Shown here piece after piece: positions 49,611 through 59,497 of a stretch of DNA of 64,000 nucleotides. The translations under genes and the position numbers were made by a program. The stretch covers positions 32,001 through 96,000 of the forward strand of contig CBFGKC010000003.1 in the NCBI GenBank assembly GCA_965649265.1, given 5' to 3'. Each line of letters begins with the position of its first letter. Position 1 is the stretch's first letter. Source of the DNA: a candidate division WOR-3 bacterium (GTDB lineage: Bacteria; Hydrothermota; Tepidihabitantia; B3-TA06). The notes beneath the pieces are model-generated. The model had not been told where the DNA came from and made no database searches. It saw only the letters and a program-made list of their open reading frames with translations.

Positions 49611-50645
49611 TTGGCTGACAGGAATTCCATACTGTACCGCCCTTTCGAGGTACTGAGGAGGCAATCCCTGGGGAGCGAAACCCCATCCCTCGTCCGGATG
49701 CTCTGCGGGGGCTATAGGATCGGGGATCATTCCGTAATGTTCTGCGACGTATTTCGAGATCAGGATTATGCTGCAGCGACAGTTGAAGCCGTTGGGCGGC
49801 CACCATTCGTTCCATACGGGAGAGTCCAGGGGAGCCTTGAAACCGTGCATGGCTCTGTGCGCCGGTCTGGTTCGCTCGTCCCTAATCGCGTGGTACTCCG
49901 CCAGGGCTATCCGCTGCTGGTTTTGTCTCGCATAATTACGCTGCCCTTCGTTATAGGCACTCTGGACGTTCGTGCGGTAGACGGTTTCGAGATAACGAGC
50001 ATTCGATTTGCTCATTCCAAGAGACGTGAATGTTTCGTCTATAGAATCTCTCCACTCCGCAAATGTGCCGCCCTTTTTAATGTGTTCAGCCATAGCTTGC
50101 TTCACGTCCTCGATCAAATCCGCTGTAGTGAGTCTCGAAATGGTGAAGGCCTGGTTCCTGTACTTAGCGTCAAGTCTTTCGTACTCATCATGGGTTAGGG
50201 GAATCTTCTTCAGGATGGCTTCGACGGCTTCCCTGGTCAATAACGGAGCCTCGTCGAAACCGGCATAATAAGAATCGGCGAGTTCCCCGAAATCGACATT
50301 CTTCCGTACCTGATCTTCAACGTGTTTAATCGCCACGAGATTCCCCAGGAGCATGGCCTGTCCCAGGGTCTCATCGGCGTCGTCGAAGCTTATTCCGAGA
50401 TCATTCCAGGAAAGCTCTCTTACTTGACCCTCGGAATCGGCTTCAAGAATCCTCTCCTTTAGCCTGTCGAATATACTCGAAAAAGCCGAGTATCCTTCTT
50501 TCGCTGCGTTTCTTACTTTACGTTCGAGATCCTCGTCCTGGGCGTGAGCGAAAGCATCGCGGACTTTGAATCCCGGTGTATCGGGATGTGGAGAGACGAG
50601 TTCTTCGGAGTAATATGCGAAACTGCCCGGCTCCTCCTCGATCAA
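49608..50645 (-). CDS. Mu gpF-like minor head protein
   Basis: TVYRTNVQSAYNEG, DERTRPAH, WWPPNGFNCRC. Confidence 0.9.
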   Translation of the reverse strand: MIEEEPGSFAYYSEELVSPHPDTPGFKVRDAFAHAQDEDLERKVRNAAKEGYSAFSSIFDRLKERILEADSEGQVRELSWNDLGISFDDADETLGQAMLLGNLVAIKHVEDQVRKNVDFGELADSYYAGFDEAPLLTREAVEAILKKIPLTHDEYERLDAKYRNQAFTISRLTTADLIEDVKQAMAEHIKKGGTFAEWRDSIDETFTSLGMSKSNARYLETVYRTNVQSAYNEGQRNYARQNQQRIALAEYHAIRDERTRPAHRAMHGFKAPLDSPVWNEWWPPNGFNCRCSIILISKYVAEHYGMIPDPIAPAEHPDEGWGFAPQGLPPQYLERAVQYGIPVSQ

Positions 50646-50662
50646 GACGAAGGGTTTATCCT

Positions 50663-51952
50663 CTACGACCTCCCGTTCCGACCAGGCGCGAAAAAACGGC
50701 CTTCCTCCCTGAATATCGGTAGCGTCGGAGGGGTGCCTTTAAGTATCTCTTCGTCTTTCTGAGCCTCAGGAATCCCGAACGTCTCGCGAACATACTTCAG
50801 GGATATAGGCAGCCCCGCATTCGAGAGAGCCACCAGGGTGTCGGCGTACTCCTTTGAGGCCTTGTTGGGCGCCGTCTTTATTATGAAAGAAGGGCAAAAA
50901 TCCTCTGTAGCGGCAAGGCCGTAGTTGAAATCCACGAGCCATGAGACGACTGTGGCGTCCATGGTGCCTTGAAGGAGAGTCGCGTCAGATTCTATTATGT
51001 CCTGGCGGACCTCCTGGTGCGTTTGTGAGGCCGCGTAAGAACCCACCTGGCCCACTTCCTGGGTAAGGGTTCCGCCGAGTACGCACTTCGAGATCTCGGA
51101 GTTGCAGAATTCGAGAAGTTCCTTGAAGAAACTGCCCCTTTCTCCGACGCTTGTTTTCGCGAGTTCGGTATCTATGGTCGTGTCGTTAGGTACGGCAGCC
51201 ACAGAATCCTGCTGCAGATTAACGAGGGCGGTGACGAGTGCCTTCACATCGTCGTCCGTGTAATGAGAAGGATACTTCCCTACGATGGAAGGGACCCCGA
51301 ACTTCTCCGCGACTATCATCCAGAATGACTGACCGTGTTTCTTGAAGAACCAGGGCCAGTAAATGGAAACGAGAAGGGGAGTGGCGTAGGGGATGTCATC
51401 GAGCGGGTCGTGTTTGTGGCAGATAAACTTCCTGTCGGGCAGGTCTCTTGGCTGCCAGGTAAGACCATCTATGAGACGGAGCACATTGTCTTCCCCGAGA
51501 GTGAACCTGTCGGGCTTGCGGGTTTTGTATTCTTTGACTCTAATCTCCTCCGGATTGACGCTCCACATGATCTCTACTACGCTGTGGCCGTACGGAACGG
51601 CCTTCAGCAGGTGACCGAGCGTTTGCTCGAAACGAGGTATAGAATACAATGCACTTCTTACGAAATCCGCTATTTCGACCGCTCTGGGCGAGTCGTCTTT
51701 CGCTATTATCTCCCAGGTGCGGCCAGCAACTCCTGCCCGTCTGGAACGGAACACGCTCTGGATATGCGGGTCTGCCATCATCTCTTCTGCAACGTCCCAG
51801 AATCTCTTCCCAGGGTGCCGTTCCCAGAATCCAGGTATTGAAACGGGCATTTCGTTGAGTACATTGAAGAAAAGACCGCCCAGGAAAGACCTCGTCTGAG
51901 GTGCGCTGATTTCGGCTGTGACGGGTTTGGGTTTGCTTTCTTCAGTCGGCAT
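50663..51952 (-). CDS. Mu gp29-like portal protein (DUF935)
   Basis: DPHIQSVFRSRR, YGHSVVEIMW, EKFGVP, ISKCVLGGTLT, GSYAASQTH. Confidence 0.92.
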   Translation of the reverse strand: MPTEESKPKPVTAEISAPQTRSFLGGLFFNVLNEMPVSIPGFWERHPGKRFWDVAEEMMADPHIQSVFRSRRAGVAGRTWEIIAKDDSPRAVEIADFVRSALYSIPRFEQTLGHLLKAVPYGHSVVEIMWSVNPEEIRVKEYKTRKPDRFTLGEDNVLRLIDGLTWQPRDLPDRKFICHKHDPLDDIPYATPLLVSIYWPWFFKKHGQSFWMIVAEKFGVPSIVGKYPSHYTDDDVKALVTALVNLQQDSVAAVPNDTTIDTELAKTSVGERGSFFKELLEFCNSEISKCVLGGTLTQEVGQVGSYAASQTHQEVRQDIIESDATLLQGTMDATVVSWLVDFNYGLAATEDFCPSFIIKTAPNKASKEYADTLVALSNAGLPISLKYVRETFGIPEAQKDEEILKGTPPTLPIFREEGRFFAPGRNGRS

Positions 51953-52308
51953 TACGCCTCCTTGGCTAAATGAATTATGAACTCTTCAAGTTTTTCCGGT
52001 GCCACTCTCCATCCTTTCCGGGTTTTCCTGGCTAAACGCGAGTTCTGACACGCTCTTCGGACTGTCGCCGAAGAACAGTTCATTATCTGGGCTATCTCGG
52101 ACGGCGATTTACCCCTCGCTATGAATATGTCCTCGTTCTGGCGCCTTCGAACCTCATAAACGGGTACTCTCAACCGACCGGCAACCTTGAAAAGCGAGAT
52201 CTTACCTTCTTCTCTGAGCTTGATGATTGACTTAGGCTTTATGCCTAGAAGCGAAGCCGCTTCCGCGAGAGGATACCCTGCGGTTCTGATGGCGCCGCCC
52301 AGGTTCAT
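51952..52308 (-). CDS. tandem HTH (excisionase/MerR-like) DNA-binding protein, candidate late activator
   Basis: Two repeats: LAEAASLLGI...GRLRVP and PSEIAQIMNCS...GWRVA. Confidence 0.7.
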   Translation of the reverse strand: MNLGGAIRTAGYPLAEAASLLGIKPKSIIKLREEGKISLFKVAGRLRVPVYEVRRRQNEDIFIARGKSPSEIAQIMNCSSATVRRACQNSRLARKTRKGWRVAPEKLEEFIIHLAKEA

Positions 52309-52439
52309 TTCAATCGTCCTTCTTTCCGCACAGAAAGTCTATGTCTTTCTTAAGAATCACATCGACTTTTATCCAACCCATGCGGATCGACAGAATGACC
52401 ACACCGACAGTAACCAAAAGTGTAATTATCATTATCCAG

Positions 52440-53066
52440 TCAATTACCAATCTTGCCTCCAATCGGATACTTTTCTAACAATTTAGGTTGTACTCTGAAA
52501 TCGGGGTCGGCGGTTTGCAGAAGTTGATCTTTCGACCATCCCCGAATTCTCGACCAGGTGCGACCGCCGTATCGTCCCGGCCATACGTCTCGAGGTGAAC
52601 TATTCGTTATGAAGACTCCGGTTATCCCGCGTCCGGCCCACGCGTCCACGAGGTGAAAGAATACCTCCACGAAGTGGTCGGAGCAGACCTCTACGCCGAG
52701 ATCATCCACGACGATCCACCGGGCAGTCTTCAGGATTTCGAGTTCTTCCTCCTTCTTTTGCGTGAGGTATCCTCCCCTTCCGATGAGAAGGGAAAGGTCG
52801 GTCGCCTTAAAGTATGCGCCGGGTTCATATCCGGCGGCAATGTTTCGCGCCAGTCTGTAAGCTGCGGATAGGCTCTTACCTGACCCCGTTTCACCCTGAA
52901 CTATGGACAATTGCTTAGGTCGAATCTCATTAAGGAAGAGATTCGTGGTAGGGGTAAGACGGACTTCACGGTCAAGGTACTCCTTGCCGAAACGTGCGCG
53001 TATAAACTTCCGCGCATTAGGAAGCCACATAGCCTCTCTCATCTCCGCCCTGCTGAACTCCCTCAT
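52440..53066 (-). CDS. DnaC/IstB-like AAA+ ATPase
   Basis: GETGSGKS, IVVDDLG, FITN, YGGRTWSRI. Confidence 0.82.
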   Translation of the reverse strand: MREFSRAEMREAMWLPNARKFIRARFGKEYLDREVRLTPTTNLFLNEIRPKQLSIVQGETGSGKSLSAAYRLARNIAAGYEPGAYFKATDLSLLIGRGGYLTQKKEEELEILKTARWIVVDDLGVEVCSDHFVEVFFHLVDAWAGRGITGVFITNSSPRDVWPGRYGGRTWSRIRGWSKDQLLQTADPDFRVQPKLLEKYPIGGKIGN

Positions 53067-53713
53067 AAGGAAGTCCTTCCGGTTTCGACAGGCTTCTCGA
53101 CAGGACTCTGCTCTCTCGAATCACCTGGTGCTTTCCTGTCCTGGACTTCGAGCATATCGTTTATGTATTTGAAGAACTGCTTTACGAAAGCCGCAAGGTG
53201 CCAGCGCTGCGCCAGGAATGAACGAAGGTCGTATTTATCCATTGTGAAAGCCATACCCCGCATGATTCTGACGATCCCTTGCAGCTGCTCGTCCGGAGAA
53301 TAGTTCTTTAGTTTTGGATGGAGTGACGCCTCTCTAAGCATCGCCTTAGCTGCCCTGGCTATGCCACCGTATTCATGCAGGGGGTTTTCCCTGTCGCAGG
53401 GGTCGAAATGATGGGTTTCCTTGATTATCTCCCGATACTCGTGGATCAGTTCATAAACGCGGGGGTCTGCTTCTTTCTTCTTCTTGCCTGTGATGCCAAG
53501 TCTCGCTTTAGCCGATATGGTCAACCTGATTCGGCCGTTCGTTTGTTCTACCCAGCCCGTCCTTTGGAGATCGTCAACTGAAACGTGCTGTTGTATCTCT
53601 TTTCTGGACATCCCCGCGAGTACCTTGAGGAGGGCGACGGTCAAGCCGTCGGGAAGTCTTTCCCCCAGGGCGTCCGTTGCCTTAAGCAAGGATCGGAGTT
53701 CTGTTATCGTCAT
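53063..53713 (-). CDS. hypothetical protein, possible replication initiator
   Basis: wHTH-like N-terminus; translationally coupled to the DnaC-like gene. Confidence 0.5.
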   Translation of the reverse strand: MTITELRSLLKATDALGERLPDGLTVALLKVLAGMSRKEIQQHVSVDDLQRTGWVEQTNGRIRLTISAKARLGITGKKKKEADPRVYELIHEYREIIKETHHFDPCDRENPLHEYGGIARAAKAMLREASLHPKLKNYSPDEQLQGIVRIMRGMAFTMDKYDLRSFLAQRWHLAAFVKQFFKYINDMLEVQDRKAPGDSREQSPVEKPVETGRTSL

Positions 53714-54282
53714 AACATTGCCCCGGAATGAAGTCTGTGGACTGACTCATCCCGACCGTTTGGGTCGATATATGCTAGTTCGAGGCTACCAAATATATCT
53801 AATTCGTTAAAGGCAGGGAAGCGGGTGTCAGCTTGCCAGACCCCGGACCAGGGCTTGAGTTGTTTTCCAAGTTTCCTGGCTCTATTGCATAACTCGATAT
53901 TCAGTTCTTTTGGTCCGGTTTTGATGAGATAAACAATTCCCCAGGTGTCCGGCGTGGCGCGATTAATGTCTATCTGGAAGCCGTCCACAACAGCCGTGAT
54001 GATCTGAGGACCCTTGCTGGCTATCGTTCCACCGACATCTTTGATTAACCTTGGGATATCGAACCAGAGATTGCGGTTAGGGAAAGGTTCGAGTTCGCCG
54101 TCCTTGTTCTTAAGCCATTCGCCTTTGGGGATCACGACTAAGTCGACGTCGTGAACGAGAGGCCTCCCTCTTCTTATCGATCCGGCTATCTCTATCCTGT
54201 CGCAAGCGACTCCGAGAGCGTCAACCATATTCTCGCCTATGATTCGGGCCTCCAGTAGAGGGAGTTGTTCGTGCTTTGCCAT
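53710..54282 (-). CDS. minimal X-family DNA polymerase (palm + thumb)
   Basis: AGSIRRG...HDVDLV, QIDI, KTGPKELN, ELDIF...YIDPNGR. Confidence 0.82.
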   Translation of the reverse strand: MAKHEQLPLLEARIIGENMVDALGVACDRIEIAGSIRRGRPLVHDVDLVVIPKGEWLKNKDGELEPFPNRNLWFDIPRLIKDVGGTIASKGPQIITAVVDGFQIDINRATPDTWGIVYLIKTGPKELNIELCNRARKLGKQLKPWSGVWQADTRFPAFNELDIFGSLELAYIDPNGRDESVHRLHSGAML

Positions 54283-54284
54283 AT

Positions 54285-54488
54285 CTACCTCGTTGCTCCA
54301 TAGAGTCTTCTAGTCGGCCAATCCTGTCTCCTGACCCAGGTCAAAAACCTGATTTTCGAGCAGAGTTCCTTGTCCGACAAGTCGATCATCGTCGTGACAC
54401 CGATGCGCTTTTTGAACAACTCGCGAGAAATACCGAGTTCTTTCAACTCGGCGTGGAGCTTTCGCATCAGGCGTGTTCTTTTAATCAT
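54285..54488 (-). CDS. short GemA (DUF1018)-like protein
   Basis: KLHAELKELGI...GVTTMIDLSDKEL. Confidence 0.55.
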   Translation of the reverse strand: MIKRTRLMRKLHAELKELGISRELFKKRIGVTTMIDLSDKELCSKIRFLTWVRRQDWPTRRLYGATR

Positions 54489-55381
54489 CCCTTTACTCCG
54501 GCCACGACATTCTTTGTGGTCGATTTCTGGGCTGTCGTATAGATCGAGTGGCCTCGGTTGTGATAGAGTTCCATGACATTACGGCCGACGGTATTGATGG
54601 TCGAAGGCAGTCGGTGGAGTCCCCTTGAAGTCAAATATTCGTCGGAAAGCTTCGCCTTGATCTCGGCCACGAAATCCTGGGTAAAAGTTCCACCGTCGCG
54701 TGAAGCCTGGAACTGAATGAAGCGTTCGACTTCGTCCGCTCCGAGTCCGGCCAGCTTGAAGCTCGACCTTCTTGCGTAATCCGGGAATTCCGGTTTGCCT
54801 TCTTCCACGATGTAATCGGGTTTGTAGAAAGCGTTCTTATCCGAAAGGTCGGCGGCAATCACTACACCTGGGCCGTACTTTTTGTTTTCTATATTGATTC
54901 GGGAAGCTGTATAAAGAAGTTCCCAGATATGGCGGGGTTGTGAAAGAGCTTCGTCGAGTATTATGAGGACTTTCTGGCCGCTTTCGTAGAGTTTATAAAG
55001 CAGATCCCTGAGCTGGAGTCTGCGTCCCTGCTTTGTCACTCCTTTTTTATCCACCCAATCCCCCCAGCGCCATGCCGGTTTTTCACCGAGTCCTATTATG
55101 ATGTCCTTCCACAGCAACCCGCGAAGGTTGGTTCGCATCGTTCTCGGGTACGAACCCAACTCTATGACTATCATCTTTGAGTCTTTCTTCGCCGCGAGCC
55201 GTAGGGCATTCAGTGCAAGCGTAGCTCCCCCGCCGATAGGTGAATCGAGAACCTGAAACTTGTGTTCGTTCGCGGCATCCGTACCCTTGCGGATCACGAA
55301 ATCCACATCCTTTGATTTGAAAAATGTACCCGGTTCAAGCTTTGCGACCGGCGTAAATGCGTTCAGTTCATTGAGTGCCAT
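54485..55381 (-). CDS. MuB/ExeA-like AAA+ protein with degenerate Walker A
   Basis: LDSPIGGGAT, Walker B LIILDEA, LPSTIN. Confidence 0.6.
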   Translation of the reverse strand: MALNELNAFTPVAKLEPGTFFKSKDVDFVIRKGTDAANEHKFQVLDSPIGGGATLALNALRLAAKKDSKMIVIELGSYPRTMRTNLRGLLWKDIIIGLGEKPAWRWGDWVDKKGVTKQGRRLQLRDLLYKLYESGQKVLIILDEALSQPRHIWELLYTASRINIENKKYGPGVVIAADLSDKNAFYKPDYIVEEGKPEFPDYARRSSFKLAGLGADEVERFIQFQASRDGGTFTQDFVAEIKAKLSDEYLTSRGLHRLPSTINTVGRNVMELYHNRGHSIYTTAQKSTTKNVVAGVKG

Positions 55382-55458
55382 TTTATACTCCCGAACGCCT
55401 GTACGCCGCCGGACTGAATCTCCTCGAACAATACCGGCGGCGACAGACGGTTTTCATT

Positions 55459-55803
55459 TTATTTCTTTCCTGTGGTGACGTTGTTAGTAACTTTGGGTCC
55501 GGCTTTATCAGCCAGGATAGAAGTCGTTTTCCAAAGTCCTGCCGCCACACCGCCGGAGAAGAAACCGTCCAGCAGCGCGACGACTATCGGAATGACCGTT
55601 TGGATCATTCCGAGCTTGAATGCGAGAAACTCCAGACCATAGACCAGTGCGCCCAGGGCAGTACCCACGATCAGCGCAAGAAGGGTATTGATCCACCCTT
55701 CGGTCTTGAGCCATTGCTTGAGTTTCGTTACGATAGTGACGACGATGACCGATCCGAGGATCGTCACGCCGAACAGATTAAGGGTCAGTTCTGCGCCCCA
55801 CAT
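55459..55803 (-). CDS. 3-TM holin-like membrane protein
   Basis: IVTKLKQW...LALIVG...GFFSGGVAAGLWK; AGGAGG RBS. Confidence 0.6.
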   Translation of the reverse strand: MWGAELTLNLFGVTILGSVIVVTIVTKLKQWLKTEGWINTLLALIVGTALGALVYGLEFLAFKLGMIQTVIPIVVALLDGFFSGGVAAGLWKTTSILADKAGPKVTNNVTTGKK

Positions 55804-56045
55804 TGGGCCTCCTTTTTGATGAGTTTTATCTCGAACTCCTTTTGAGTTCCTCTTGATCCGAGTTCCAGAATCTCTCTCCTTGAGATTCCGAGTTCTAAAG
55901 CTTCTTCAAGGGTCAATTCCAGACCCACGCCCTGCCCTTTGAAGGTTACGATCACCGTTGGAATGTCCGGTTCCTCTATACCGAGGATCGAATGCGCGAC
56001 CTTTCTGGGAATCTTCTTCGTTATTGCGCGTACTATAGCTTTCAT
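55785..56045 (-). CDS. phage hypothetical protein
   Basis: Coupled ORF with RBS. Confidence 0.65.
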   Translation of the reverse strand: MKAIVRAITKKIPRKVAHSILGIEEPDIPTVIVTFKGQGVGLELTLEEALELGISRREILELGSRGTQKEFEIKLIKKEAQCGAQN

Positions 56046-56464
56046 TTTGCTTTCCCTCCTGGTGTGTCACCGTTTTCCAAACCCATGCTCCTTAGGATAT
56101 CTGAAAGCGCGTCCCCTTTTTCGGAAGGAGTATCCGTGAGTCTGTCGGGATGGTTTGAAGGAGCGGAGTCCTTGACATCTTCTATCTTCAGCTGGTTCCT
56201 TCGAGCCTTCATGAACAACTCGTAAACGTTCTTGCTGCATATCTCACAGAGCACGTCTCCCTCGACTTTGAGTAGCTCCCTCAGTTTCATTGCCAGGGAC
56301 TGCGAGAACTCCTTCTTGTGTTTTTCGAGGATGGCAGCCACCGCTTCCTTCAGGAGCCTTCCGGCGAATTTCAAAGGGACGTAATTGATGCCAAGCCTTT
56401 GAAGTTCATCCACGCTACGCTGACAGTGACCTGCGCATCTGGGAATCCCCTTATCGTTCCTCAT
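56042..56464 (-). CDS. phage hypothetical protein with two CxxC-like motifs
   Basis: CAGHC and CEIC; overlaps the transposase stop. Confidence 0.65.
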   Translation of the reverse strand: MRNDKGIPRCAGHCQRSVDELQRLGINYVPLKFAGRLLKEAVAAILEKHKKEFSQSLAMKLRELLKVEGDVLCEICSKNVYELFMKARRNQLKIEDVKDSAPSNHPDRLTDTPSEKGDALSDILRSMGLENGDTPGGKAK

Positions 56465-58073
56465 TATTGCTCCTTAAAATTTCTTCTATGCTAACCTTGG
56501 ACACCTCACCAAGCGCATCGAGAATGCGCTCAGTTTGTCTTTTGATTTCGATACGTGAATGTGGAACCGAACAGAAGGGATCGACTAATTCTCGTCTAAT
56601 CTGTTCAGGCAAATCTCCAAGAGGACCGAGAGCCTCTGCTAAAAGGTCGCGTTGTGCATTCTCGTGCATGAGTTCCAGTCCCGGACCTTCCACCTTCCGG
56701 CCACTGGTCGACGGAGGCGGTGTCCAATCCATATCTGCGGGTATTTTCGAATCAAATACTCTTTCGACCTCGTCGAGTGTGAAAGGTTCAACGGTTTTTG
56801 ATCTCTCCGATACCGACCTTCTCATCCTTTCGCTGTTTTCGTATACCGGAACCGGTCGGTTCTCACGAGCTTCTTCGAGCAGCAGTCTTTTTGCCGGGGA
56901 ATATCTGGTTCCAGGTACGTAAATGTACAGTCTATCATCGAGTTTTATCAGTTCTACTTTCGTTCCGTCCTTGATCAATTCCGGCGCGAAATAGTCCTTA
57001 TTCTGATACGTCAAATAACCTCGTCTTACGGTTGCGTAGAGTTTCTTGAAGGCGAGTTCATCGTAATTGGAAGGAAACCATAGGTTCGGAACGAAATTCC
57101 TCCAGTATTCGAGTCGGGTTCCCTTCTCCGCAGAGTGGAGTTTTAGGCTTCGTGTCTTGCAGTAATCGGTCAACAGTCCGTTTACTTTGTCCAGGGAAAG
57201 TTGAACGCCCCTGGCCATACCGTTCAATATCACCGCCTCCAACTCCTGTTTTATGATTCTTATCCCTCCTTCAACCTTGCCTTTCTTCCAGGGGCTGGAA
57301 GGTGGTGCAGGTATCTTCGTCACACCGATTTTTTCGAGCAAGTTCGAGATCTCTTCCGTCTTACCCCAGGAAGCCTGGTCGACGTAGATAGATTCGGGTA
57401 CACCCCAGAATGGATATTCTGGTTTCGATTCCCATGCTGACCGCATGAACTTGATAACTAGCGAAGTGCTTTCACCGCGAGACAAGTAATATCTCGCCCA
57501 TATCATGCCCGACGCATCGTCCACGACGAGTCCTATCCACACACGCAGCCTGTCCTCGTTAGGCCGGTTCTCGTAGACATAGTTCGAGCGTATCTGCACC
57601 GAATCCTCGCCTGCGAAACGCAGAACGTCCGAAACCGAGAAGTCTATCTGATGAAGTCCGTTCGGTACGCTCCGTCTGAATCGTTTCGTGACCCGGTGTT
57701 TCTTTCCTATCCGATAGGTACGCATGAATAAAGAGAGTTCCCTTGATCGTATCTCACCCTTGGGAAGTCTTCCGGCGGCTTCGAGGGTTTCGATGAGATA
57801 TGAGAGGGCTATCTTGGTGCTGGCGGAGGTGCTCATTATGGATTCCACATAAGCGGCGGCTTCTATTAGCAAAGTCCGTTTCTCTTCGGTGAACTCGGCC
57901 TGCCTGGGTCGCTCTATGAATCCTCTGTACAATGCATTCCGCAAACTCCCCGGACTGCAATTCGCGCGCTCCGCCCATTCGGAGAGAACGGTCTGCTTGC
58001 GGCAGTGTGAAGCAAGCCTGTATTCCTCCGTAAATTTCACGAATGACTCCGGGCTGAGCGCGATGGGTCTCAT
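56451..58073 (-). CDS. Mu-like DDE (rve) transposase
   Basis: HQIDFS, VVDDASG, IYVDQAS, KGKVEG. Confidence 0.88.
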   Translation of the reverse strand: MRPIALSPESFVKFTEEYRLASHCRKQTVLSEWAERANCSPGSLRNALYRGFIERPRQAEFTEEKRTLLIEAAAYVESIMSTSASTKIALSYLIETLEAAGRLPKGEIRSRELSLFMRTYRIGKKHRVTKRFRRSVPNGLHQIDFSVSDVLRFAGEDSVQIRSNYVYENRPNEDRLRVWIGLVVDDASGMIWARYYLSRGESTSLVIKFMRSAWESKPEYPFWGVPESIYVDQASWGKTEEISNLLEKIGVTKIPAPPSSPWKKGKVEGGIRIIKQELEAVILNGMARGVQLSLDKVNGLLTDYCKTRSLKLHSAEKGTRLEYWRNFVPNLWFPSNYDELAFKKLYATVRRGYLTYQNKDYFAPELIKDGTKVELIKLDDRLYIYVPGTRYSPAKRLLLEEARENRPVPVYENSERMRRSVSERSKTVEPFTLDEVERVFDSKIPADMDWTPPPSTSGRKVEGPGLELMHENAQRDLLAEALGPLGDLPEQIRRELVDPFCSVPHSRIEIKRQTERILDALGEVSKVSIEEILRSNNEER

Positions 58074-59314
58074 TTCTTGTTCTTCTGGGTCTTGAAGGTT
58101 CCCTTAGGAAGTGTCATGAGGTCGTCTGTGGTTCCGTCGCGGCTTTCGGATATTGCTTCGGTTCCCGAGGGATTGTAGGTTGCAACGGTCGCCGTATTAT
58201 GCAAGGCATAAAGAAGGCTCTTGACCTTCTCGTAGGATTCCTCTATCTTAGGAGAGGACTCGATTATCTTAACCGCGTCTTCCGGCCACAGCTTCACCTG
58301 ATTGACGAATGCCGTAAGGTCATTTTCGAGTCTGTTATGTAAGGCGATGAATGAAGAATCTATAAGTGCTTCTTTTTCTGCAAGCGTCTTACGGGTGTTT
58401 TCAGGGTCGTCGAAATCATTAAAGGGATCATCCTTTTTAGCCGGTGGCAATGCTTTCTTTTCGACTGGTTTGTCGGCTGTAAATTTTGAGAAGAGCCTCG
58501 GAAGTTCTTCGACACCTTTTTTAAGTATCTGGTCGATGGTGATCTCCTCTCCACCAACCGATGTGAATCGTCCGGTATCGAGGAATCGCGCGAATTGTTC
58601 GGGTGCCTTTAGAAATTCTCTGAGCTTTCGTTGAGGAATCCTTCCTAATCCAATTTCTTCTGCTCGTTGAAGAACATTGTCTTTCCCGTACTGTTTGATG
58701 AAAGCCTGCCCAAGCCTTTTACGGTAGGACACCTTCATATCACTCCACCCAAACATAACCTGGGCCGCTACACGGGGTGATTCAAATTCATCTATTACCC
58801 AGGGCGCATGTTCCCCTTCACCTAAATAAAGTGCAGCAGCAACACATAATTGTATTTCAGCGAGCGATTTGTTCTTTACCGCGTCTTCCGCATAACTCAG
58901 GGCGGCTTCTCTGTCCTGTGCCATTTCGGAAGAAATCAATATCTCAACTTGTGGCTGCCCTTTTTCCAGTTCGACCTTAACCGTAGAACCGATCTTTAAG
59001 GTAGTAGGATTCTTTGCCGGAATATTTTTCTTCTCATTCTTGACTTCTTTCTTCACCTTCAGCTCCTTTCCGTGAATGGCGATACATTTATCTCTATTAT
59101 CGTTGAACAAGAGCCTGAGACTCGGCTCGATTTTTTCGAAACAATCCGCACATTCGGCGGGCGTAACGTTTCCCGAACGTTTGGCGCAAAAGAAGGCCTT
59201 AGATAGTTGTAATTCATCCGCTTTGGCCTTCTGGTCGGAAGCGCTCTCCTGAATGACGGAGATTGCTTCCTTGCATTTGTGATCCCATTCTTCCGGGGTC
59301 ATTTCTTCCTCCAT
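58070..59314 (-). CDS. phage early protein with Cys-rich N-terminal module, DUF3102-like centre
   Basis: FFCAKR...CADC...CIAIH; GEHAPWV; ATG 59314 after GGGAGG. Confidence 0.65.
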   Translation of the reverse strand: MEEEMTPEEWDHKCKEAISVIQESASDQKAKADELQLSKAFFCAKRSGNVTPAECADCFEKIEPSLRLLFNDNRDKCIAIHGKELKVKKEVKNEKKNIPAKNPTTLKIGSTVKVELEKGQPQVEILISSEMAQDREAALSYAEDAVKNKSLAEIQLCVAAALYLGEGEHAPWVIDEFESPRVAAQVMFGWSDMKVSYRKRLGQAFIKQYGKDNVLQRAEEIGLGRIPQRKLREFLKAPEQFARFLDTGRFTSVGGEEITIDQILKKGVEELPRLFSKFTADKPVEKKALPPAKKDDPFNDFDDPENTRKTLAEKEALIDSSFIALHNRLENDLTAFVNQVKLWPEDAVKIIESSPKIEESYEKVKSLLYALHNTATVATYNPSGTEAISESRDGTTDDLMTLPKGTFKTQKNKK

Positions 59315-59497
59315 TACTGATGATCGTTCCTCCCTTAAGATTGGCGGCGCGAGTTGCGCAACCCGCGCCGCTTTCATCGGTAAGGGAGGAGGTTACGTTG
59401 AGTTTGATAGGGCGACCGCCGCCGAGCGTTCGGAGCTGAGGAATGAGTCCGTGCCCGGCGGCGGCATTCTTTCCTTCGTTGGCTACGAGGCTAAAGC

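Noticed and set aside
56451-58073. Independent IS21/IS481 element
   Set aside because: Coupled within a phage early operon, with no flanking inverted repeats seen
59436-59470. CTGAGGA as a hammerhead ribozyme core
   Set aside because: No stem II followed by GAAA and no cleavage triplet
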